Assembly (NCBI RefSeq): GCF_032191835.1
Contig: NC_083231.1
Location: 91,512,001 to 91,576,000, forward strand
Length of the DNA stretch: 64,000 nucleotides
From: Heteronotia binoei
Lineage: Eukaryota
Direction: 5' to 3'
Shown here in pieces: positions 23,607-36,130 of the stretch. Below the pieces are notes generated by a model. It saw only the letters and a list, made by a program, of their open reading frames with translations, was not told the origin of the DNA and ran no database searches. The position numbers and the translations under genes were made by a program. The stretch's first letter is position 1. Each line of letters opens with the position of its first letter.

Positions 23607-24172
23607 TTTATATGCGACTTTAACACAATACTGCATTCCTTACCAGTCTCTCTAGCTTCCAGGTTCTACTGTCCTAAGAGAACAGATCATCAACAAATAT
23701 TGACCCATTACCATTACTAAAATATTTCTATCATGCCTTTCTTCATGCTTCACTGGTAATGGACTAAAAGTCTGCAAATGCAACAGCATTGTAATATACA
23801 ATCCGTATGATATGATGTCAAGCCAGCAGGGGACCAGGAAGGGCCTTCTACTGATTGTCACCACTCTGATAAGGGTCTCTCTGGGAGGGTCCAGAGCACC
23901 CGCCTGACCTGTCTTCCTTCTTAACAAAACACTTTCTATCTATGACGGAAGAGATGTGAGGACCTAGGCAGTATAACAATAACAAGTTTATTGTAAGTGC
24001 TCAAAAACAAAAGGGTTTTTTAAAATTATTAGTGCAAAACCAAAAGTGGAAAAACAGTAAAAGGTGGTACAAAGAAAATAACAGCTCTGATGCGACTAAC
24101 TAAACATTCTCTTTCTCCAATACCAAGAGACTCACCACCCTTTGGTGTAGGCTTGCCAATCCTCAGGTCCCA

Positions 24173-27100
24173 TAGTCCACTAAAATATTTGGTAAAGACT
24201 GAGGATACTTGATAATGGATAGACAAAAAACCGGAGAATCGAGTAGCACACATACAATGCCATATTAAGTATAAATAAACTCAGAAAATACAAAAAATAC
24301 AAAACATATATACACACAAGTCCCAGTACTCATATGTCCACAATGATGCAAAGATGCAGTCCAGTTTATTGCATACGTCCAATAAAGATGCAGTCTTCAG
24401 TTTCTTGTACGGAATCACAGAGAAGAAAACATAGAGACCGGTTTCGGCCAAGCCTTTCTCAGTCATTACTTGCGACACGTATTACTGCGTACACCTTCTC
24501 CTAATACAAAGAAGAAAACAGTACAAGCCATATTCAAGAAATACATCAAAAACACGATACAGAATCAGACTACCCATATCTTTTACCTACCAATATTTCA
24601 GACATTCATTCACAAAATGGGACCCAGTCCTACTACGTTATCGAGCTACTCTTCAAACAAGTTTCACAGCTGATTTTGTCCCTAATCACCCATGATCACT
24701 CCACATTCTCATATAGCTACAGTAGTAGAGTTCCACTAATTACACAGCTGTGTTCACTTACAACATATACAATATACAGACACAGATACAAACATTTCAG
24801 GAAAATATCTAGATACATTAACAGTTAACAATAGCTCTTTATTAGTTAAATTTTTTTTATAAAAACACAGACCAATCCAAACTTTGATTCAAACTATTCA
24901 GCGTCATTGTTTTTAGAGTGTGTATCCAGTAACTTTCACGTCTCAACAAATGTTTTTGAATATCAGTCCTCACATAAGGAGGAAAGGTGTTAGGCTTGGG
25001 ATTAGGATATGTACCATCACTTAAGTATAATGGATGCAAACTAGAATTGACCTTTTAAAATTATTTAGAAACATTAGACTTAAGAAGTTTTGGGGGAATA
25101 GTACTCCTCTAGAGGAAACCCCGTTTAGACCTAAATCCACATTTTCACCGTCTTGCTCTGACCCGGCCATTTTAACTTTTGAGAAGGTTGTGGTAAGAGA
25201 AATTGAAATAATGGAGCAAAAGAATAAAAAAGTTAAACATAATATCTCTTTGGCTGAGCAACAACTGTTGGAAAACCTGATGAGGGATGAGACAATTGTA
25301 TTTAAAGAAGAAGACAAGGGTGGTGCCCTGGTCATCCAGGATAAGACAGATTATGAAAAAGAAATCTACTAATTTTTACCAGAAATTGACTAATTTTTAC
25401 CAGAAATTGACTAAAGATTGTCAATAAAGATTGTGGTGTCTGATGCATCATTAATAGGATATATTAATGAAAATACATCTAAGTATCTAATGAACCAGTA
25501 TCCCAGAATACCAATGTTTTACACATTGCCTAAGATACATAAGGGAGCAAAGCCGCCACCTGGTAGACCTGTCTAAGTCTGTGGATGCACAATTACAGCC
25601 TTATGTTAAATTGATACCGGGGCTTCTTAAAGACACCAAGGATTTTATTAAAAAAATAGAAAATGTCTCAATACCAGAAGAAGCATTGCTAGCCACATTA
25701 GATGTGGTATCATTATACACAAATATCCCTCATGAGGAGAAGGATGTTTTTGCAGGAAGTATTAGAAAAAAGAACTGCTAAAAATTCCCTTCTTTCTTTT
25801 TGATGGAACTGATAGACCTGATTTTGGGGAAAAGTTATTTTAGGTTTAAGGATGATTTCTTTTTGCAAGTCAAAGGGATTTCTATGGGAAGTGCTTTTGC
25901 GCCCAGCCTTGCCAATATTTTTATGGCAAAATTTGAAGAACAGTATATATGCAATAAAACAACTAATCCCTTCTACCAAAATATATTAATATACTTTTGT
26001 TTTATTGATGATATTTTTTGATGTATTAAGATCCAGAAGCATTGAAGGATTTTTCCACTGGCTAAACACAGTACATTCATCAATTAAGTTTATGGGTACA
26101 GCTAATCGTGATAGCCTTAACTATCTAGACACGTCTGTATTTCGTATGGCTGGAAACAGACTAGCAGTAAAACCATATACAAAGGAGAAAGATAAAAACT
26201 CATATTTGAGATATGATTCCCACCACCCGTTACATTTACGTAAGTACTTGCCGTATGGACAATTCCTGCGGATCAGATGTAATTCGACCCATCAAGAGGA
26301 TTTTGTAAAGCAGGCAGATATAATGGCGGGACAGTCCCACAATCAGGGTTACCCTACTCAGATCATAGAAACAGCAAAGGAAAGAGCGGGACATGAAAAT
26401 AGAAAGCAGTTACTAGTAGACAAGAAAAGAGAAGGAAGATCTGGGGGTGTTTCATGTGCTTTTAATTTTGATAATAGATTGTATGAAATAAGGAGAATTA
26501 TTGAAAGAAATTGGCATCTAGTGCAGGAGGTACAGGGATGTGAAAGTCTTCCTTTTATTGGCTTAAGGAACACAAAAGCATTAGAAATAGGCTGATAAGG
26601 GCTGAGGCTAAAGACAAAACTGAAATGGAAAGAGAAACAAATGCGCTTAAAGGGCACTTTCCTTGCGGAGGCTGCTGAGTTTGAGAATTGGCTTGGCGTA
26701 CGAGTGAGATAGACCTACCACATTATAAGAAGAAATTAACATCCTGGACAACCTGTGCTAGTAAAATGACTGTGTATTTATTAAAATGTCAATGTTCAAA
26801 ACTGTGTGTGGGGTCAACGATTAGAACTATAAGAACTAGAATTTGTGAACATCGATCTTGATTGAGAAATTTACAGAATGATGTCCCTTTAAGCCAACAT
26901 TTTGTGGAGGCAAATCATTCTTCGACTGATTTTTCTTTTTTGGTGCTGGAAAAGTTTGAATCTCATCCTTATGTGAGGACTGATATTCAAAATCACTTGT
27001 TGAGACGTGAAAGTTACTGCATACACACTCTAAAAACAATGACGCCAAATGGCTTGAATCAAAGTTTGGATTGGTCTGTGTTTTTATAAAAAAAATTTAA

Positions 27101-27696
27101 CTAATAAAGAGCTATTGTTAACTGTTAATGTATCTAGATATTTTCCTGAAATGTTTGTATCTGTGTCTGTATATTGTATATGTTGTAAGTGAACACAGAT
27201 GTGTAATTAGGAGAACTCTACTACTGTAGCTATATGAGGATGTGGAGTGATCATGGGTGATTAGGGACGAAACCAGTTGTGAAACCTGTTCGATGAGTAG
27301 CCCAAAAACGTAGTAGGACTGGGTCCCATTTTGTGAATGAATGTCTAAAATATTGGTAGGTAAAAGATATGGGTAATCTGATTTTGTATTGTGTTTTTGA
27401 TGTATTTCTTGAATATGGCTTGTACAGTTTTCTACTTATTATTAGGAGAAGGTGTGCGCAGTAATACGTGTCGCAAGTAACGATTGAGAAAGGCTTGGCC
27501 GAAACCGGTCTCTATGTTTTTTTCTCTGTGATTCCGTACAAGAAACTGAAGACTGCATCTTTATCGGACTTTGCATCATTGTGGACGTATGAGTACTGGG
27601 ACTTGTGTGTATATATGCTTTGTATTTTTTGCATTTTCTGAGTTTATTTATACTTAATACAGCATTGTATGCTACTCGAGTCTCCATTTTTTTGTC
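24173..27696 (+). mobile_element. Penelope-like (Neptune-type) retroelement: decayed RT and GIY-YIG ORF with an inverted 3'-end copy at its left
   Basis: RT motifs LATLDVVSLYTNIPH, QVKGISMGSAFAPSLANIFM, FIDDIF and LPYGQFLR. Endonuclease region GHFPCGGC, VYLLKCQC..CVGST, EH and QHF, ending WSVFL*. 24218-24980 (-) mirrors 26966-27699 (+). 15-bp TSD with 2 mismatches, aatcctcaggtccca / aatccccaggttcca (24158-24172, 27697-27711). Confidence 0.93.
27482..27512 (+). ncRNA. Hammerhead-like motif in the PLE terminal repeat (mirror copy 24434-24464, minus strand)
   Basis: GA-TTGAGAA-a-GGC-ttg-GCC-GAA-ACCGGT-C-TC. Palindromic stem III is typical of minimal PLE hammerheads, but position 8 is A and stem I is only 2 bp. 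Confidence 0.5.
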
Positions 27697-30619
27697 AATC
27701 CCCAGGTTCCAGCAGGCTCCACCCTGCCCCCAGCCAACTGGCCGGGGAAGGTGGGGGGGGAGCCTCGTCCCAATAGCCAGGATGTGCCTTTAGATCTCTG
27801 CAAGTTAGCAAACTCCTTATGGTTTTTGAATGTGTATGTGCCTTTGAGCAGGAAGTAAAACTGCATCAGGAGCCCTGTGTGAGTAAGTGATAGCACAATC
27901 TCGTTTTGCTTTTGTTTCAGACGTCTTTTATAGGAACCAGAGTAAAAGAGGGATAGAGAGAGAGAGCACAGTCTATGCTTGTTTTGCATTGTTCCAGATG
28001 TTTTTGTATAGGAACCTGTTTATGAGATGGAGGAAAACTCCAGCTCTCTTTTCACGTGCATGCGTTAGTCTGAAGTAGTTGGTGGAAATATAGCAGCTCC
28101 TGTGAGTGAAGCCCCAGTGAGATCACAAAAGTTTGTGCTTGCAAACTCTGTTTATTTTGACTGCTTTGAGAGTGTATCTTCATTTACCGGCACTGCAGCT
28201 GCTGGGGGTTGAGGAAATGAAGACTATTCAGGAGACCTGCACTGCTGTAGTTTTATTTATTTATTTTAGGGAAGGGGAAAGCCTCCCGGCTCCACACCCC
28301 CAAAGTCCCCAGGTATTTTCTGAGTTGGACCTGGCAACCCTACTTGGGTGAGGGATTCCTCTTGTTGCAGCCTTTTATCTTGCCTTTTTTTTGTTTCCTC
28401 CCAGGTCCCACCCTTCTGGGCAACTTTTCTGTCCAAAACTGCTTTCACCCAATCAAAGAGACAGAAGGGATTCTGGGAAATGTAGGCTTTGTAGCTAGCC
28501 TGTTGCAGGCTTCCCTGGAAACTGTAGGTTGCAGTAGGCCTAGGATCATGACATATGGTATAACTGGGGAAACAATGCAGAGAAATCTAAACCATGGGCT
28601 TTTGGTTAAGAATTTCACTGATCTGGTTGTTGCTAAAGGATGAGATGCTTGCAGGAGGGAACCAACTTGTGATCTATCTTTCTGTTTTGCAGCTCTTACC
28701 TATTTAGGATGCAGGGCAACAAATGTCATTTCAAACTGTCCCTGGGTTCCTCAGTGCCATGACTGGCTCTCCAGTGCGAAGTGGCTAGGTTGTGGCCCCA
28801 GACAGATTGGGGAGTGGGTAGCAGCTTCTACTGCCTTGCTTCCCACCACCATGAGGAGCCAAATGAACTAACTGTCATTCCCACAATATAATAAACCAAG
28901 CTAGATCTGAGTAGTTTTATCCCTTTCAATCCTTATTCCCCTTCACCATTTCTTCCATTTTATTGAACCTCTGGTAGAGTCTAACAAATTATGTTAATGA
29001 CTAGGAGTTAGCATAAAAATGTGGTTTTAAATAAGAGAAGCTTTAGGAACTGTGCTTAATTGATAACTCCTGTTGCTTAGCCTAAGGGTTACCATTAATG
29101 AAGAATTTGTGCCAAGGTCTTTCACTGTTGATGAAGGTATTCATAATGATCCAACAAGATGGGCTATGATGTGATTTGGCTCATTCTTCCCAGCTGCTAT
29201 GCATCCTGGATGTAACACAGTAATCTGCACTTGTAGGAGATGAGTGTAATGCCTAGTAGACTCAAGAAGATGACTCAGTACAAGGAAAGGTTGCCAAGGG
29301 GGAGGAAAATGCAACTTTTCAAAATGCAATTGACTGTATTTTTCCATTAGTTTGCAATGACTCTGAGGGAACTATTGTACGCTAATGAGTAAATAATAGG
29401 GTAATTTTGCAGCATTGCAATATTTGAGCATATTTCTTGTTATCCTTGATTTAAATTTCATACCCTAAAGGCTGGAAATGAACAATTGTTTTAAAGAGTT
29501 GAAAATGGTATGCGAGAACCATTCAACAAGGTCTGTGGAATATAGATTCATTTATTTCATCCCACTAATTCATCTCTGTTAAAACAAAGTTTGGTCTGGA
29601 AACAGAAAATAATTTGAGGATTGAAGGTGGTGCGATACAGACATCATTATCACAAGTGTACTCATTGAGTTGGATCAAGATTCCCTCAATTAGAAGGAAT
29701 TTGCAGAAGCAGATCTTTCCTGCCTTCTCTTTCTCCTGGTGTCCTCTAAAAAGTTCTAGCATCAGCAGAGGAAGCTTGACTCAACTTGACTCCATTAATT
29801 CCTTGTCCTCGATACACTCCATCATCATGCCACATGGCATATTGCTCAGGAAGGTCCCTTGACCCTCAGCAGCAGATTTTTTGAGGACACAGGGGGTTGC
29901 TAGGAGAAGGGCAGTACACACTTTCTTAAACTCCTTCCATTAATCATGGCTCAAACCCATCCCAAGCCCTTCATGATCTGGGACTCATGTAGCTGCAGAA
30001 CTGCCTCTCCCAAGACACTTACCTGAGCAAGGCCTTTTGAAGGTGCCACCTGGCAAACAGGTGAGATCGACAGAGCTTCTCTAAGCACCATTCACAAATT
30101 AGCAATAATGACATTTATTAGTTCATTATGGTATAGATATAATATGAATAGAAGGTGATAAAAAAGTATAAAGCTAGACCTTAAGGGTATTTCAGTTCTC
30201 ACCAAAAATGTATATCACAGAACAGTTTTCTCATTGTGCTACAGATACAATGAATTTTCAATTAAGCCCTCTAGCAAGTCTGCAGGTTTTTAATTATTGT
30301 GTTTGGTAAGCTTTCACTGGAACACAGGAAAAACAAGCTGTAATAACAGTTTTAATTAAGCCAATCTATCATAAACTACCTACCAATGCAGAACCTAAAA
30401 TATTATCACACAGGTCCAGGTTTCTTGTTCAGTAACTATATTAAAGAGTCTAAGGCCTCAGCTATATGTTACAATTCATTTTCAATGAGAACTTATTCAG
30501 GACAATTTCCTGATGCATTTTGTTCCAAAAGGCTGAATTTGCCCAAACTGAAGCACTTCTTTCAAATTCTTCCCCAGTCTTCTTTAGCAAGTGGAAATAT
30601 TTGCCCCGGAACATATTTA

Positions 30620-30760
30620 TGAATTCACAGAACTGTTGGAAGGGGACCCCTCCACGGGATTATCTAATTCAACCTTCTGATTGTACAAAAAATCCTTAGT
30701 GACAACATCCTTGACAAATGGCTGCCCAACTTCTGTTTTAAAACCTCTGGTGAATCCATT
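30620..30760 (-). mobile_element. Degenerate CR1-type 3' fragment
   Basis: gttggaaggggacccc...atctaattcaacc...tccttgacaaatggctgcccaacttctgttttaaaacctc resembles the reverse complement of a CR1 tail. Confidence 0.55.
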
Positions 30761-31809
30761 CTGATGGAAACAGATGAAAATGGTCAAGTCTGACCTGAAA
30801 TCAGCAGCCGTTGAATTTGTCTGGAACTTAGAAGAAGGACTGCAGCTGAGAAGAAAGCCTGGACCTATTTCCAAAATAGGTCATATTTATCCAGAGTTGG
30901 AACAGAAAAGTCTGATACCACTGATAGCCAACTGCCAAAAGCAACAGAATTGCTGTGTTTGAGCTGTCTGCTGGATCAAGCCTGCAGAAAGAGTATAAAA
31001 GAGTGAAGCTTGAAGCTGATTTCCAGAAGCAAAACTTTCAGATGAAGATGTGATGTCCCTGACAGTTTATGTAATATCAATCAGAATTTATAAAAACTCA
31101 CATCAGTCTCCTATTGGTTTAGTAACCTGATGGATCTATGTCTTTATACTGATACCTAATAGCTGAGGGTCAGCCCCAGTAGGGATCAAAAAAGCTGCAA
31201 ATGAGAGCCCCAGCTAGAATTTAGGGTTCTGCAATATCAATATGAAAAAAGAATCCAGAGACCAGGGGGAAAATGAAGACATTTTAGGTTGCTATAGCAG
31301 CAGTTGAGATACTTGTGTATGTCTGGGGAGATGGAGCAAGCAGCAGTGATGGAACAGGAGGCTGAAAATTAGGGTTGCCAGGTCTCAACTGGCTGCCAGT
31401 GGTGGGGGAAACCAATTCTAGTCCCCATCCCTTGAGTCTTCTGTAGAGTTTTCCCCAAAATGCTAGAGCGTCCCCTGCATGATGTGTCCGGTGTGATGAC
31501 ATAATCTCTGGGCACATTGGGGTTCTTTGGGGCAGGGATCCCCCACTGGTCAGCTCTGTGGTGGTGGGTTGGGGAACTGAGAACCTTAACGAAAATGGAA
31601 CTGGACCACTGGGGAAAGGGGCTGATATAAGGAGACAGAATTTCCTCTTCCCCAAAACTTTTCATGCACCTCCACCATATATACACATATGAAATTTTCT
31701 CCTTTATCTATTGCTGAGTGAAAGAAATAAGATGGGGCAAAATATCATATATATAGGAACAATAGCATCCTAGAATGAACAGAGATGCTGTTTATGGTTT
31801 ATGGTTTAT

Positions 31810-31921
31810 GGTTGTAATGTATTACTGTATTTACTCATGCACATACATGTCTATGTGAGCCGCCCTGAGCCTGCGTAGGCAAAGAGGGCGGGGTACAAAT
31901 GGAATAAATAAATAAATAAAT
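31810..31921 (+). mobile_element. L2 3' tail
   Basis: gtgagccgccctgagcctgcgtaggcaaagagggcggggtacaaat followed by (aaat)n. Confidence 0.85.
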
Positions 31922-32029
31922 AGATTGGCTTGTTTCAAAATCTCCAACCAATGGGCAGAAGGCTTCCATCCCCACTCTTCTAATTTCTGAATTAGGATTT
32001 TTTTGATGCAGTGGCACTGTACACATATA

Positions 32030-32268
32030 TTTGAAGAAGAAAAAGAAGAAGAGCTGGTTTTTATACTTTTCTCAACCTTAAGGAGTCTCAAAGCAACTTA
32101 CAATCGCCTTCCCTCCCTCTTCCCACAACAGGTACCTTGTGGGATAGGTGGGGTTCTGAGAGAACTGTGACTACGGTAACCCAGCAGGCGTCATATGGAG
32201 AACCGGTGAATTAAACCCAGCTCTCCAGATTAGTGTCCACTCTTAACCGCTACACCACACTGGCTCTC
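32030..32268 (-). mobile_element. tRNA-derived SINE with L2-like tail
   Basis: Reverse complement starts gagagccagtgtggtgtagcggttaagag; the (gaa)n run at 32030-32050 is its tail; same family as 50959-51518. Confidence 0.85.
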
Positions 32269-35200
32269 TAAAGCTGGTTCTCTAAGAGGGAAATCCTCCA
32301 AGGTGCAGCTATGTGTCTACATGCATCCCGTGTTACCCAGAAGTGACACTATCACTTCTAGGACACTGGAGGTGATGCTCTGGTATTTGGGCAAAAACTC
32401 TATAGTAGTCAAATTTACCATAAAGTTTTTGCCCAAATACCAGAGTGTCACCTGGCATCCTGAAGGTGAAGCATTACTTAATGAAAAAGCTGTATCTTAC
32501 TGGAAATAGTAAGAGAAGAAAAGAAGAAAGTAATTTAGTATTCTAAAAAAACACTTACAGAAGTGATGTATTTCTTACTAATTACACAATTACTTTCATG
32601 TCTCAAATAAAAAATGACATGACATCCAAAAACATCTCAGAGCAAAGTTCCTGAATCATTTTGACTTGATCTATTATTTATTTTAACCAAAGTTTGATGA
32701 AAACCTTAAGCAATTTTTAAAGCATGCAAATAATTAAAGACATGGGATAATTAGCTTATACTTCACATCAACAATACATTAAAACTTTTGTCTTACAAAA
32801 ATGTTAATGCCTGTAATTTATTCTGCCTCCCCTTTAAATGATTTATGCCTTGGAAGTGCATTAGGATAGAGTTATCAATGTATCCAAAATTCAAATGCAG
32901 CCTGGAGTGGAGAGTCATTTTGGAATGGTGGCTAGAGGAGTCTGACACAGCAATCCTGCCACTCCTGGGGTGCGTTCAGATGTACCATTAGTGGCAACAC
33001 AGCTCCGTCTCGCTGACGGATTAAATATGTTCATCCAGACATCCACATCTGGCAATCGAGCGTCATCCAGGGTCATCCCGGCTTGCTGCGGATCAATGCC
33101 GCATTAATTTGATAGTGCAGAAAGTCTGGCCCTTTTTCAAAGAAGCGGCACAAGATAATTTTTTTCCTGTTTAGACAGCTTACCCATGATACTGCCCCTT
33201 GAAATGTTTACCGCCCCTCCCACTTTTTTTTTAAAAAAGCCCCAGCAGATGTGACGCTTCAGCTTCTCCGATCAACACAGGATCAGAGGGGGGGGGGGTG
33301 GGGACATTATCCCACTATTCAGAACAGGGGGGGGGGGGAATCTTTTTTTCCCAATGTAGAGGATTTCTAGATATCATTGTCACTGCCAATTTCTAGTAAA
33401 GTAATTCCTGGCAGTTCCCTGGTTTGAATCGGCAACATTAATTCCGGAAACTTCCCCCCTTCCCCCCCGCCTCTAAAGCAACGTTTGATTTCCCACCTCC
33501 AAACAGTTGGGCGCATGTTCAATGGACCCCCCTCCCAGAAATCACCATCTGATCATGCATGCGCCAAGAAAAGTGTGTGATAGTATTGGATGTCTGATCG
33601 CTCAATAACAGAATGAGTCGCATTCTTGGATGCTTGTCTTATTGGCCCTGCATCGAATCAATATTCAGCGGTTCATATTTGAGCGCTACACACCTGCTTT
33701 TAATGTGACGTGTGACCGAACCCCTGGTGGACTAAGATCTGGGGGATTTATGGTCAGTTTGCCAGTAAGTCATGAAGCACCTTAGGAAGTCCTCCTCCTT
33801 CAAACTAAAAAAGGGGTCACCAACGATAGTTGGCAAGCTACTGGTAGTTCACCAGCAGTTGTAAGTAGTTCATGCATTCCCCTAGAAGACCCAGGAAAAG
33901 ACTGCAAAAAGATCTGCTCTGTGCTTTTAAAAATAAAAATATATCACAGGGTTTTTCTTTGCACTGCTGAGCAGATAGCTTTATTTTTGGTGCTTTTCCT
34001 AGTTCTAGTTCTTGGTAGCTTGCTGAGGGGATTAAGTATCTTGGAATATTTTTAATTACTCAGAAGTACTTCCATTTAAAAAAAATGTTGGTGATTCCTG
34101 GAACCTCACAACATAGTTGGGAGCATAAAATGGAGGGTAAAACTCTGTGTACCTCCCTGATCTCTTTGGAGAAAGTGTGGAATAGACATAAGAGAGAGAA
34201 ATGGATAACCTACTCAAGTCAAAAGGAACCTGTGCAGCTTGTGGCCTTCATGAGCAACTCCCAGCATGACAGGAGATCTCCTGGTGGCAATCCTTCCTTC
34301 GAGGAGAATTTTTTTTTTAATTTGCCAGCATTGTGCATGTGATGATATCACTGTTGGGGGAAAACCTTACGTGACATCACTTCTGGACTCCCCAGGTGAA
34401 ATCATGCTACATGTGATGACATTGGTGACCCTATGCTTCCGCCTCCACATCTCCTGACAGGTGCTAGCCATCAAAAGTCTATGCAGCAGATAGTGGTTCT
34501 GGATTTCACTTGAATTTTAAAAATGTACTCACTAAAATGAACATTTCCATAAAATGCATTTAGACTAGATGTATGATATTTCAATTTGGGAGTTTCTTTT
34601 CATTGTTACCTAACATATAGTTCCTTGGAATTCTGGAGTACAAGTGAAGCTGTGAGAGCCAGTTCCCAAGCATAGTAGACAGTAGCCAGACACTTTTGCA
34701 CGATTTCAGTATTCAGTGCAAATCCAGTATGCACAAGAAATCCGTCAACATAGTAAGAAAATTAGACTTCAGTTACTAAAAGGAAACAATTGGAAGGGAA
34801 GGGAGAGGTACATTCCATGGAACTATATATTCTCAATAACATCATAAAACAATTCACAAGTATTTGAATCTTGACTGTCTGTATGGAGGCTAAAATTTGT
34901 GGCTTACAGTAAGAGTATCAAAACTTAATCAAAATGAAACTTTTACAAACTTCCCAACATACTCATAGCAATCATAAAACCACTTTGCTCTAGAAGAGAT
35001 ATGATTGATGGTTTCTTCATAATTAAACACACACGAGGCATTCAGTGTCCACCAAGACAATTATTCAAACTTCATAACAGCACATAAAGAGAAAAACCTT
35101 TGTTAATGGACTGTGACTATCCACAGACACTTCATTACTCAGTTTTATCCCTTAATTTTCAACCAAAATGAAGACAGTAAAAAAGTGGAAACATTATGGG

Positions 35201-35405
35201 TCTGCAAGGATGGGAACAGAACATGAGTAAGCCTGAAAACATTCACCGAAATCTATATTATGTTTACTACTTAAGGTTGCCAACTCCACATTGGATATTC
35301 TAGCACATTTGGGGAGTGGAGTCGGGTTTGGGGAGGAGGTGGACCTCAAAAGGGTATAATGCCATAGGGTCCAGCCTTGGAAGAGGCCATTTTCTCTAGG
35401 GGAAA

Positions 35406-36130
35406 TCCAAATACTTTTATTGGCATAGAAATAAAAAGTATAGCATAGCAAATTTACATGGAGTTTCAGCTATAAAAACCAGTCAAACATCAAGAAGTGG
35501 AGCTAGTCTTTTGCTCCCTGAATGTTATGGCAGCCAAAAGGTACTTTGCAACCAGGCTTGTGATATGGGAACATTGGTGAGATAGTAGAGAAAAAACTAA
35601 CTTCGCTTCAGGTAATCCATAAAAATTAGACAGAATAGGTTTGATTATGCAGTCCTGCACTTCCCCATAAAAATCACAATAAAGTAAGACATGTGTGACC
35701 GTTTCAAGGTGCCTTCCATTACATGGGCAGACTCTATCCTGATAAGGGTTGTTGGCAAACCTCCCAGACAATACCGCTAAGGGTAGAACATTGAGTCTTG
35801 CTAAAAGAGTGGCGTAACTGGGGTGAAGTAATCTGGGAAAGGTAGGCAGCAGGCAGCCCATGATCTGGGAAGATACCAAATGCTAAAGGGGAACAAGTTT
35901 TATGTCCAGAAGAACAAATATCTAAGATCCTCTGTTTCAGGATTCTGAATGCCTGCATTTCACTTAGCATACAGAGGCTGTCCAAGGGTACACCTATGGA
36001 ATGTATTTTCTTCTGGATCTGACTATACCAAGTGGAAATGAAGGAATCCACTAGCATCATATGGATATAACTAGCAGGGTCTGCCCTAAAGTGTTGGTGT
36101 AGTCAAAACTTTATTGTTAGTAGCCATGCC
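35406..36130 (-). pseudogene. RTE-X-like LINE 3' fragment with a Cys/His knuckle, inserted in a MITE (35274-35405, resuming ~36238)
   Basis: ORF 35490-35879: ARLNVLPLAVLSGRF...DRVCPCNGRHLETVTHVLLYCDFY...ITSLVAKYLLAA; 3' end ccaataaaagtatttgg. Confidence 0.75.

Noticed and set aside
23940-24130. Possible additional LTR fragment
   Set aside because: No matching second terminus or TSD could be found.
25368-25409. 21-bp tandem duplication (actaatttttaccagaaattg x2) in the PLE ORF
   Set aside because: Ordinary slippage or repair scar in a dead element.
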